A DNA stretch of 20,000 nucleotides. Origin: an uncultured virus (IMG/VR IMGVR_UViG_3300020193_000012). Its lineage: Duplodnaviria; Heunggongvirae; Uroviricota; Caudoviricetes. The translations under genes and the position numbers were made by a program. The stretch lies in the IMG/VR virus record IMGVR_UViG_3300020193_000012. One strand, written 5' to 3'. The notes beneath the pieces were generated by a model. The model saw only the letters and a program-made list of their open reading frames with translations, did no database searches and had not been told where the DNA came from. This document shows, piece after piece, positions 1 through 6,993 of this stretch (its first letter is position 1; every line of letters starts with the position of its first letter).

Positions 1-3000
1 AGACGTATAAACAGAGTGAATTGTAGAACTCGTAGAAACAATATTTGTAATACCTACTCCAGGATTGATATCCAAGAGAGTTTTGTTAATCGTTTCTTTT
101 GTAACACTCTTACGGAGATCATCAATCAATACCTCACCGATTAGAGAAGATTGTGCAAAAGATTTTGCTTCATCGGGATCAGAAACAGGAGTATCTCTGT
201 CTATTTGTGGATATAAATCTTTTACTGGTTGAGAGAACTTTTCTCCAGAGAAATAATTAACACTCGGAGCATTTGAAGCATTAACTATTGTTAGATAGTA
301 TACACCATCTTGCTCATTTGAAATATATCTTTGAATTTCTTCATTTCTATAAATGTAGTATACATTTTCATATTTCTTTCTCTTGAAATATGGTAAAGAT
401 GTATTTCTTGCAGTCGTATCGTTTGTGAAAGTTCCTGGATTTGTAGATAATCCAACACTAAATTGTTTAGCACTACCGATACCAGAAACAACGAACGTTC
501 CATTAAATCCTGAGTTATCTGCAGCCGAAGTATTGCTGGAACTAACAACTTTTAAAATTTGAACTTGAGATCCAACGGAGAGATTGTGTGGAAGTTCAGT
601 ATCAATCTTGGCGTTTGAACCATCCCATGATGCTCCAGCAATAAATCTAAAGTTTCTTTGTTGATTTACATTTCCTATAGATCCACTACCAAAATAAGAC
701 TGAATTTCCGAATTAGTAGATCCAATTGAAGTATTTGACTCTTGGAGAATAAATCCATCACTTGGAGGTCTTGCTACGGTTGAACCAGTTTCTTTTGGAA
801 TTACATATCTTACACGATAAATTCTATCATTAGTATTTCTATTATCTTGTCTACGCTTAATATAAGATCTAGGTGTTGCTTGACCTAAAGTAGTTACTCC
901 GATTGAAACAATAGCATTGTAAATGTTGTTCTCAGTGCTTGCTGATGCAACCTTTATATACCATTGACCAACATTCGAATCATATTGAACTGGATGTCCA
1001 ATATCACCAGCATTTTTGTCAGATACTCTGCTTACAACTTTTAAGTTCCCACCTTTCGTATTAAACTGAATATTTTTTGCATTTGTTGAGGAATGCGTAA
1101 GAGCATCGTTTAAAGTCTTAGCAACTTTGAGTTGTGTTGTTCCAATACCAACATCAGTAGTACTAGTGATTGCATAGTAAACTTGATTGTTGATTAAACC
1201 ATCTGGAATTTTTCCAATGTCACTGAAGAATCTAATTGTTTCTCCAGTTAGGAATGTATGTCCTGTCCCATCAAAGGTCAGAATATTTGTTCCCGTATTT
1301 GATAATACGTTAAATGATTTTTCAGAACTGGATTGAGATCCAGGCATTACAATTCTTGAAGAATACTCAGTAACACTTCCAGCTAAAGATACAAGAACAT
1401 TTAAAGTATCATTAACTTTTGCACCAACTCGATATCCTTCAATAACAGTCTCTGGTAAAACGTCTCTATTTGTTTGATTATAAAGATACAAATGACCAGT
1501 CGAACCATAACCAACTACATTATTTACATCAATTGCATTAAATTCAACTGTAGTCTCTTCAATTGGAATTTCTTTTGGTGGAATAATATGAGTGATGTAT
1601 CCAAAGTCATCTTGTGGGAAAGCATTTCTTCTAAAACCAGATGCTACTAATGCCTTTGCACCGAAGTTAGAGTTTGAGTTGGTGATGGACATGTCTCCAC
1701 CACTTTCTGTCACAAACTGTTCAGCATATCCAATCGCAAAGATTGATACGTTTTGAATGAACGAGTCATTTACTGCTTTAATGTGGAAGTTCTTCCAATC
1801 CGGTTTAAATACTGCTCTGATATTATTACTTAATGTCTCATTACCAGCAACATTACTATCTTCATATACTCCAGTATCTTCATTAAACAGAACAAACGCT
1901 CTATCATCTTTCTGAAGACCGATTCCAGTAAATTGAGCAACAACTACTGACTTAAATCCAGATGCTTTATCTCCATCAGCCAATAATCCACACATTCCAT
2001 ATACAGAACGTAGAGAAACGTTAAAAATGTATGGAGACGCTGAGGTTACAGTATCAGATTGGAGTGAGAGAGATGCGCCAGAAGTTGACGGTAACGCAAG
2101 TGTCGGAGATTCTTGAACTTGATATTTGATTTGTAAATCGGATACTTTTTCAGTAACAACGTATTGTCCATTGTAACCGTCAGCAGTAATCCCCTCTACT
2201 CTAAATGGAGTATCAACATCAAGACCAGGAACTTCACCATTTAAGGTGACCGTGATAGTTGTACTTGATGTTACACCATCTCCAGATTTAATGCTCGAAA
2301 TTCCTACAGTTTGACCAGTAGATCCAACAATACGATATTCATCAATCTTAGGTTGAATATCAAGTCCAGATGATGGATAATCTGGTTCAATAGGACGACC
2401 AGAAGATTGCCCATAAGCGAGACCTACTTTCTCATAATACATATCCAGATCAGTTCTTGTTGTAGAATATGTCTGGAATGTATCATTAATGTCTACTCCA
2501 TTTACACCATCAGCATACTCAAAACAAGATAACTTGTGGTGAGAAAAATTGGGAACAGACAGATTTGTTGTATAGTTTGTGAAGCATTGTCCATTTGGAT
2601 TTGCATCAAAAACAGAAAACTGCCAAAGGTAGCATCCACCAGTAATTCTAAAAATTGCGGTTCTCTTAATATCATCATTGAGAGGGTCTGGAACATATCT
2701 TGGAATAATTTTTGTCTTTCTTAAATCAAGACCAACGATGGAGGTTCCTCTTGGAATAATAACTCCACCATGAATACTGTTTAACTTATAAAGTTGATTG
2801 TTGTCTGTGGTTAAATCAAAGTTTGAAGTTAAGTCAAAAGCAGCAAAATCATTTGAAACTACACCACTTCTAAGTCTAAAATTATTTACACCGTCAGGTA
2901 TCCATCCAGGACGATTATCAACTATATGATCGCCAGGATAAACAAGAATTGTTGTCTTACTAAATCTATCGTTATCTAAACCTCTTTGATATGAAAATCT

Positions 3001-3159
3001 TGATGCCTCAATAAGTGCTCTTTGAATCGTCTTAAATGGACGAGTCAGAGAGTTACCCTGATTTTCAATACTATCCGTTGCATCTAAGTCATTTGGATTA
3101 ACGTAGAGAATTGTTCCTCTTGCTGACTTCAGAAAATTATCTAATCTGGAGAGACCCAT
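1..3159 (-). CDS. Large tail-fibre-like virion structural protein, N-terminal 1053 aa (runs off the left edge)
   Basis: Not in the ORF track because it has no stop in the window. ATG at 3157-3159 reads MGLSRLDNFLKSARGTILYVNPNDLDATDSIENQGNSLTRPFKTIQRALIEASRFSYQ. Frame spot-checked open at ~1981 (NVSLRSVYGMCGLL), ~301 (RYISNEQDGVY) and 1-60 (GVGITNIVSTSSTIHSVYTS). The N-terminus and beta-helix-like region resemble large cyanomyovirus fibre/structural proteins; a late promoter motif lies upstream. Confidence 0.85.
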   Translation of the reverse strand, partial: MGLSRLDNFLKSARGTILYVNPNDLDATDSIENQGNSLTRPFKTIQRALIEASRFSYQRGLDNDRFSKTTILVYPGDHIVDNRPGWIPDGVNNFRLRSGVVSNDFAAFDLTSNFDLTTDNNQLYKLNSIHGGVIIPRGTSIVGLDLRKTKIIPRYVPDPLNDDIKRTAIFRITGGCYLWQFSVFDANPNGQCFTNYTTNLSVPNFSHHKLSCFEYADGVNGVDINDTFQTYSTTRTDLDMYYEKVGLAYGQSSGRPIEPDYPSSGLDIQPKIDEYRIVGSTGQTVGISSIKSGDGVTSSTTITVTLNGEVPGLDVDTPFRVEGITADGYNGQYVVTEKVSDLQIKYQVQESPTLALPSTSGASLSLQSDTVTSASPYIFNVSLRSVYGMCGLLADGDKASGFKSVVVAQFTGIGLQKDDRAFVLFNEDTGVYEDSNVAGNETLSNNIRAVFKPDWKNFHIKAVNDSFIQNVSIFAIGYAEQFVTESGGDMSITNSNSNFGAKALVASGFRRNAFPQDDFGYITHIIPPKEIPIEETTVEFNAIDVNNVVGYGSTGHLYLYNQTNRDVLPETVIEGYRVGAKVNDTLNVLVSLAGSVTEYSSRIVMPGSQSSSEKSFNVLSNTGTNILTFDGTGHTFLTGETIRFFSDIGKIPDGLINNQVYYAITSTTDVGIGTTQLKVAKTLNDALTHSSTNAKNIQFNTKGGNLKVVSRVSDKNAGDIGHPVQYDSNVGQWYIKVASASTENNIYNAIVSIGVTTLGQATPRSYIKRRQDNRNTNDRIYRVRYVIPKETGSTVARPPSDGFILQESNTSIGSTNSEIQSYFGSGSIGNVNQQRNFRFIAGASWDGSNAKIDTELPHNLSVGSQVQILKVVSSSNTSAADNSGFNGTFVVSGIGSAKQFSVGLSTNPGTFTNDTTARNTSLPYFKRKKYENVYYIYRNEEIQRYISNEQDGVYYLTIVNASNAPSVNYFSGEKFSQPVKDLYPQIDRDTPVSDPDEAKSFAQSSLIGEVLIDDLRKSVTKETINKTLLDINPGVGITNIVSTSSTIHSVYTS

Positions 3160-3190
3160 CTTATTAATGCTTATAGTTTCCGTTATGGAT

Positions 3191-3198
3191 TATTTATC
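3191..3198 (-). promoter_or_regulatory. T4-type late promoter (GATAAATA)
   Basis: 7/8 match to TATAAATA, about 30 nt upstream of the fibre ATG and just downstream of a terminator. Confidence 0.7.
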
Positions 3199-3203
3199 AT
3201 AAG

Positions 3204-3238
3204 AAAAAAGGGACCTGGATTACTCCAAGTCCCTTTTT
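3204..3238 (-). terminator. Rho-independent terminator, possibly bidirectional
   Basis: Minus strand: AAAAA-GGGACTTGGA-GTAA-TCCAGGTCCC-TTTTTT. 10-bp stem with one G-U pair, GNRA loop and U-tract, about 25 nt after the Mom-like stop. Confidence 0.9.
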
Positions 3239-3262
3239 GCACTTCCTTCACACCTTGTTATT

Positions 3263-3871
3263 TTACCACGACTGCTCTTCCCACGTCAACCTTTTCTGCA
3301 ACTCTTTATCAAACACCATCAAGTATCTATGCTTTCTACTTCTGTCTTTCCATTCACCCTCTTCACCCTTTATTTTTCCACGAGAGTGTTTAGTTCCGTC
3401 TGAGTAGTGAAAATCTTTTTTTCTATCTGTGAGACCGTAATACTTAAAGTTACAAGCACGATAAATGATGCCAGAGTGATAATCATTATCGGCATAAGAG
3501 AGAATTGCTTTGACCTTAGTGTCCTTTCTAAACTGTTTGATTGCTCTTGAGGTGAACCACGAAGTAATATTGTGCTCTTTTAGTTGTGTATCAGGATGAA
3601 TGCAAAGTCGTGAAAGTTCATAAAGTCCCTCTTGTTCGTTTCGCTCTAATCCAAATGCTCCTTGTGCGATTTCAGGCACAGGAAGTCCAGTAAAGATACA
3701 AACTCCCAGTAATCCACCAATTTTGAGTGGGCAGAAGTCATTTTTTAGAAACAAACCATAATTATAACCACTCTTAAAAGACTTAGAGATGTCTTTTAGG
3801 TAGTGGTATTGGAGTAAAAGTTCCTCTGCTTCCCTTTTACTAACTTTATCAATATAAAACTCACTTTTCAT
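3263..3871 (-). CDS. mom: Mom-like adenine-modification enzyme (GNAT fold)
   Basis: 202 aa with the motif order typical of phage Mu Mom-family proteins: YHYL, ELSRL, SYAD-x3-H-x-G-x-IY-x-A-x-NF-x-Y-x-G and C-terminal KHRY. Confidence 0.8.
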   Translation of the reverse strand: MKSEFYIDKVSKREAEELLLQYHYLKDISKSFKSGYNYGLFLKNDFCPLKIGGLLGVCIFTGLPVPEIAQGAFGLERNEQEGLYELSRLCIHPDTQLKEHNITSWFTSRAIKQFRKDTKVKAILSYADNDYHSGIIYRACNFKYYGLTDRKKDFHYSDGTKHSRGKIKGEEGEWKDRSRKHRYLMVFDKELQKRLTWEEQSW

Positions 3872-3893
3872 TCATTTTTCTTTATTTCTATAA

Positions 3894-4310
3894 TTATAAC
3901 ATTTTTTCCAAAGAGTTTCTAATATCTTTACCAGAAAAATATTGTTTTAATTGATAAACTTGCTCTTTAAATTTTTTTTCTGGGCAGGTTTGTCTACCAA
4001 GATTAAATAAACGAAGAGCAATTACAACATTATCAGGAACATATCCTTTTGTCTCATCTAATCTTTCTAGACTTGGTGAAAGTGGATTGTGACTCTCAAA
4101 AATACCTTGAGGATTTATTGGAAATCCTGTCCAGTAGCATTGCCCATTTTGTTTTAAAAATTGTTTTGCTAGATAAAACTCATCAATAGTTACATCTAAT
4201 GGTTCAATTCTCTTGATTCCGTTTTTCTTTTCTTGTCCAGGACGAGCAGCAGTTTTTGCTTTGGCGATAAGTGCTTTCCAAGGATTTTTCATAATAAAAA
4301 AATTAGTCAC
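3894..4310 (-). CDS. HNH/His-Me-finger-like endonuclease, possibly degenerate; alternative start ATG at 4292
   Basis: QCYWTG...SPSLERLDETKGYVPDNVVIALRLFNLGR matches the phage C-x-Y-x-G...S(I/L)DR(I/L)D-x2-KGY-x2-DNV...N pattern. No catalytic His or second CxxC is visible. Confidence 0.6.
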   Translation of the reverse strand: MTNFFIMKNPWKALIAKAKTAARPGQEKKNGIKRIEPLDVTIDEFYLAKQFLKQNGQCYWTGFPINPQGIFESHNPLSPSLERLDETKGYVPDNVVIALRLFNLGRQTCPEKKFKEQVYQLKQYFSGKDIRNSLEKML

Positions 4311-4476
4311 TTTGTTTACAGTCTAGCATACATTCTACTGTATTTGCGACATCATTCATCGCATCTCTTAAGTTTGTTTGTTGCCCTGATTCTTGTTTGA
4401 TAATCGGGCGGTGGTCATCAGTAAGAACCCAACGCCACTGCTTCATATCCTTACAATACCAGAGATTAATTTTCAT
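4303..4476 (-). CDS. Small hypothetical protein (57 aa), weak YegP/DUF1508-like WRW motif
   Basis: Likely true start is ATG at 4476 (MKINLWYCKDMKQWRWVLTDD...QESG). The longer 4303..4593 ORF would overlap most of the upstream gene. Confidence 0.65.
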   Translation of the reverse strand: MKINLWYCKDMKQWRWVLTDDHRPIIKQESGQQTNLRDAMNDVANTVECMLDCKQSD

Positions 4477-4624
4477 TCTTGAAATATTCCAGTCTAATCC
4501 AGTTGATAAGTGCGTTGACTTCCATTCGGTCTTCTTCCGACCATTCGAGAGCATCTTTAACTCTAGCATAACAGGTAAGTGCATCAATTGCAAGTTGTCT
4601 ATCTCTTTGTGAAATTAGTGACAT
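4466..4624 (-). CDS. Small hypothetical protein (52 aa)
   Basis: Translated by hand (not in the ORF track): MSLISQRDRQLAIDALTCYARVKDALEWSEEDRMEVNALINWIRLEYFKNEN*. It fills the gap after tRNA-Thr and overlaps the next start by 11 nt. Confidence 0.7.
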   Translation of the reverse strand: MSLISQRDRQLAIDALTCYARVKDALEWSEEDRMEVNALINWIRLEYFKNEN

Positions 4625-4642
4625 TGGAGTTTATAGAACTCA

Positions 4643-4715
4643 AGCCCCCAGACGGAATTGAACCGTCCTCTCCGCTTTACAAGAGCGGTACATCGCCACT
4701 TAATGCTTTAGAGGC
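4643..4715 (-). tRNA. trnT: tRNA-Thr(UGU), no encoded CCA
   Basis: GCCTCTA AA GCAT TAAGTGGCG ATGT A CCGCT CT-TGT-AA AGCGG AGAG GACGG TTCAATT CCGTC TGGGGGC T; all four stems pair. Confidence 0.9.
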
Positions 4716-4718
4716 AAA

Positions 4719-4988
4719 TTAATCAGCAGGTAACATTTCTGGATTTTCCAGTTCAACTTCAAACATCAGAGGATGACACTGCTCATCAATCAAATAGAAT
4801 GACGTTCTGTATAAATCTTCTGGTTCGTATCGTCTTTCGTTGTCTGCTGCTTCCAGAATTTCAGGATCATAGATGTAACTGTCTGGAAGTTCATCAAAAG
4901 TAAATGGAACGTGATTTATGAAATACATTAAGACAATCATCGTGCCTTTATTGTACCAGCAATAAGCTGTATCAATACGGTATTTCAT
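4719..4988 (-). CDS. Acidic hypothetical protein (89 aa), cyanomyovirus-type
   Basis: AGGAG RBS upstream; MYFINHVPFTFDELP segment; fits between the two tRNAs. Confidence 0.75.
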   Translation of the reverse strand: MKYRIDTAYCWYNKGTMIVLMYFINHVPFTFDELPDSYIYDPEILEAADNERRYEPEDLYRTSFYLIDEQCHPLMFEVELENPEMLPAD

Positions 4989-5009
4989 AGGACTTCTCCT
5001 ACTTTTGTC

Positions 5010-5016
5010 TATTTAG
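5010..5016 (-). promoter_or_regulatory. T4-type late promoter (CTAAATA)
   Basis: TAAATA core about 22 nt upstream of the ATG at 4988, followed by an AGGAG RBS. Confidence 0.6.
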
Positions 5017-5036
5017 AGGTTAATTTAAACCCCTAA

Positions 5037-5111
5037 TAGGCGGAGCGGGATTCGAACCCGCACTGTACAAATTTTAAGTTTGGTGTCTCCTGCCAGTTGG
5101 ACTACCCGCCC
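5037..5111 (-). tRNA. trnL: tRNA-Leu(UAA), short variable region, no encoded CCA, no intron
   Basis: GGGCGGG TA GTC CAACTGGCAGGA GAC A CCAAA CT-TAA-AA TTTGT ACAGT GCGGG TTCGAAT CCCGC TCCGCCT A; 75 nt with A discriminator. Confidence 0.88.
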
Positions 5112-5120
5112 ATAAAAAAC

Positions 5121-5324
5121 TTACGCTTCGTAAGTAGTAGGATTATACTTGATAAACTCCCAGAATGTCAACTTCATTTCTTTTTGTGACATTCCACAGT
5201 GCTTTGCTGCTTTGGGGAGATTCCACTTTGCCGAAAAGAGTGCTTCATTTGCCTCTTTTACATTTTCTGGAGTGGTTTTGACTGGTTCTTCTTTAAGGTC
5301 TTTATATGAAATTTTATAAACCAT
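5121..5324 (-). CDS. Small putative helix-turn-helix protein (67 aa from ATG 5324; ORF track uses TTG 5333)
   Basis: EALFSAKWNLPKAAKHCGMSQKEMKLTFWEF has the AA-x2-(L/C)G-(M/I)S spacing of HTH motifs. Confidence 0.65.
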   Translation of the reverse strand: MVYKISYKDLKEEPVKTTPENVKEANEALFSAKWNLPKAAKHCGMSQKEMKLTFWEFIKYNPTTYEA

Positions 5325-5386
5325 ACTTTTCAAAAAAGTAATAGGGGTAAATTTTTGCCGGGATTTTTTTCCCCGAAAAATGGAAC

Positions 5387-5569
5387 TTAAAGTGGATTTG
5401 CGTATGAGAGTGTCTCTTCATCCACTGTAGCACGAACGAACTCTAGAACGTTCATAAACTCATCAACAGTATCACAAGTCACTTGCTTCTCTGAACCTTC
5501 ACTAGAGTACAGGTACACTGTACGCTTGATAGGGTCCACCACGCAACGTGAGAGGTACTCGTCTTGCAT
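5387..5569 (-). CDS. Small hypothetical protein (60 aa), first gene after the sigma70-type promoter
   Basis: ATG 26 nt below the -10 box; acidic protein with a beta-beta-beta-alpha-like pattern (VVDPIKRTVYLYSSEGSEKQVTCDTVDEFMNVLEFVR). Confidence 0.75.
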   Translation of the reverse strand: MQDEYLSRCVVDPIKRTVYLYSSEGSEKQVTCDTVDEFMNVLEFVRATVDEETLSYANPL

Positions 5570-5594
5570 TCGGTCGTCCGTTGATTACCCATGT

Positions 5595-5623
5595 ATCATA
5601 GCACGGTCAGGGGCGGGTGTCAA
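5595..5623 (-). promoter_or_regulatory. Host sigma70-type (early/middle) promoter
   Basis: TTGACA (5623-5618), 17-nt spacer, TATGAT (5600-5595). The -35 box overlaps the TGA stop of the upstream gene. Confidence 0.88.
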
Positions 5624-6294
5624 GTGTTAATATTGTACTCTTTATTGTCCCCTGGGTAGTCATATGTAGATTGTCCTTCATATTCAACAATTAATTTTTC
5701 GCCATCAAGTCTTTCACCATGAACCAAATAGTAACAATCAATTGCAGCAGCACCCCCAGACTTAATAATAATTCCTGTTCCCCACTCCACCTTATCAACA
5801 ATCAAGTCTTGCGATGAACCAATTTGAGTAAGAGTTACTGTAATTGTTTCTGGATCTACAAAACCAACCCAGTACTCTGGTAAGTAAATTATATTACTAT
5901 TTTTTAATCTACCCCTAAAATAAACGGCATTTTCTGGTCCTTCCAAACAAGTGTGGCGAAGTCTCCATCCAGATTTATTTGGATGTGATATATCAAAGTT
6001 CTTTTTACTGGATAACCTATGACCAGCACCACTGACATCTCCACTAATATTAATCTGACCAGATCCAATAATATCTTGATTTACTCGTAATGAATCTATT
6101 TGTGCTGTTTGGTGATAATAAGGTGGGCAAGCATCTTCAGGGTATGTTTCTTCATCAGCATTATTTTTAAAAATATAAGAGTAAAGAGTTGACGGAACTC
6201 CCCATGCTTGTCTGTCGGTACAGTCAGGTTCTCCCGTTGACGGAATAAACTCTCCTGGAAATTCTACATCTTCCGGTTGTCCTGGTGCTGGCAT
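5620..6294 (-). CDS. Tail/baseplate-associated protein with KKNFDIxHP...EGP...YxRG C-terminal domain (paralog 2)
   Basis: 224 aa; AGGAG RBS; C-terminal ~130 aa aligns by eye with the 6993..7760 product; Pro- and acid-rich N-terminus. Confidence 0.7.
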   Translation of the reverse strand: MPAPGQPEDVEFPGEFIPSTGEPDCTDRQAWGVPSTLYSYIFKNNADEETYPEDACPPYYHQTAQIDSLRVNQDIIGSGQINISGDVSGAGHRLSSKKNFDISHPNKSGWRLRHTCLEGPENAVYFRGRLKNSNIIYLPEYWVGFVDPETITVTLTQIGSSQDLIVDKVEWGTGIIIKSGGAAAIDCYYLVHGERLDGEKLIVEYEGQSTYDYPGDNKEYNINT

Positions 6295-6309
6295 TTATTT
6301 AATCTCCTA

Positions 6310-6993
6310 TTAAAAACTCAACCAAAGATCTGGATGCGGTAAAGATTGATGATATAAGTTATACCCTGGTTTGAGGCACAACTTGATATCTCCAGCAATC
6401 ACATACCTATCTCCATTATTTTCTTTCTTTAGTGTGGAGTGTTGAAGTCTACTTGGAAAAAGAACAACAGTTCCTTCTTGTGGCGTAATTGTATAAACAT
6501 TACAATTATATCTATTATACTTTTTAATCATATTAAAATTTTTACCAGTCTCAAAAAGAGCACCAGCAACTTCATTCATGTTATCGAGTGTATGAACACA
6601 AAATTTGTCTGATGTTTCATCAGAAGAAATATAATAACAGAATGAAATGTCAGCACCATTATGTGAGTGCATATTCAACTGAGGAATATTTTTATTATGA
6701 TACCCAATCCACGCTTTAGTAAAATTGATGTTCAGTTTCTCATGATCAACTTCAAGCAAATCCAAATATTTAATTACGCTTTGCTTAATTGAATTAAAAA
6801 TTGAAAAATATTTTTCATTTAGGTGTAAGGAACACTTTCCAGAATTTTCTGGAGTTTCGTGTATCCACTCTCCTTTTTGGTTTGTTTTATACCAAAGATT
6901 TTTCAATTCATCAAGATTATTTTTTTTAAATTCTTCATGAATTTCAACTTCATCTTGTACTACTACGGTTGGAAAAACCTCATGTACTTTCAT
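6310..6993 (-). CDS. 2OG-Fe(II) oxygenase, TIGR02466/2OG-FeII_Oxy_5-like
   Basis: N-terminal VFPT, KAWIG, HSH-x4-SFCYYI, P-x-EG-x-VVLFPS-x-L-x-H and R-x-VIAGDI. Facial His residues and the 2OG-binding Arg are present. Confidence 0.85.
   Translation of the reverse strand: MKVHEVFPTVVVQDEVEIHEEFKKNNLDELKNLWYKTNQKGEWIHETPENSGKCSLHLNEKYFSIFNSIKQSVIKYLDLLEVDHEKLNINFTKAWIGYHNKNIPQLNMHSHNGADISFCYYISSDETSDKFCVHTLDNMNEVAGALFETGKNFNMIKKYNRYNCNVYTITPQEGTVVLFPSRLQHSTLKKENNGDRYVIAGDIKLCLKPGYNLYHQSLPHPDLWLSF

Noticed and set aside
291..2724. Short track ORFs 291..548, 2502..2696 and 2536..2724
   Set aside because: All are nested in the continuous 1..3159 fibre gene, in alternative frames or antisense, with no recognisable motifs.
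4303..4593. 96-aa ORF from the track
   Set aside because: Its N-terminal part overlaps a better ATG-started 52-aa gene in another frame; trimmed to 4303..4476.
5037..5111. Group I intron in tRNA-Leu(UAA), as in many cyanobacteria
   Set aside because: The anticodon loop CTTAAAA is contiguous; there is no insertion.
6296..6302. TTAAATA late-promoter-like motif before the 224-aa gene
   Set aside because: It lies between the AGGAG RBS and the ATG, so a transcript would start inside the coding sequence; probably just an AT-rich spacer.
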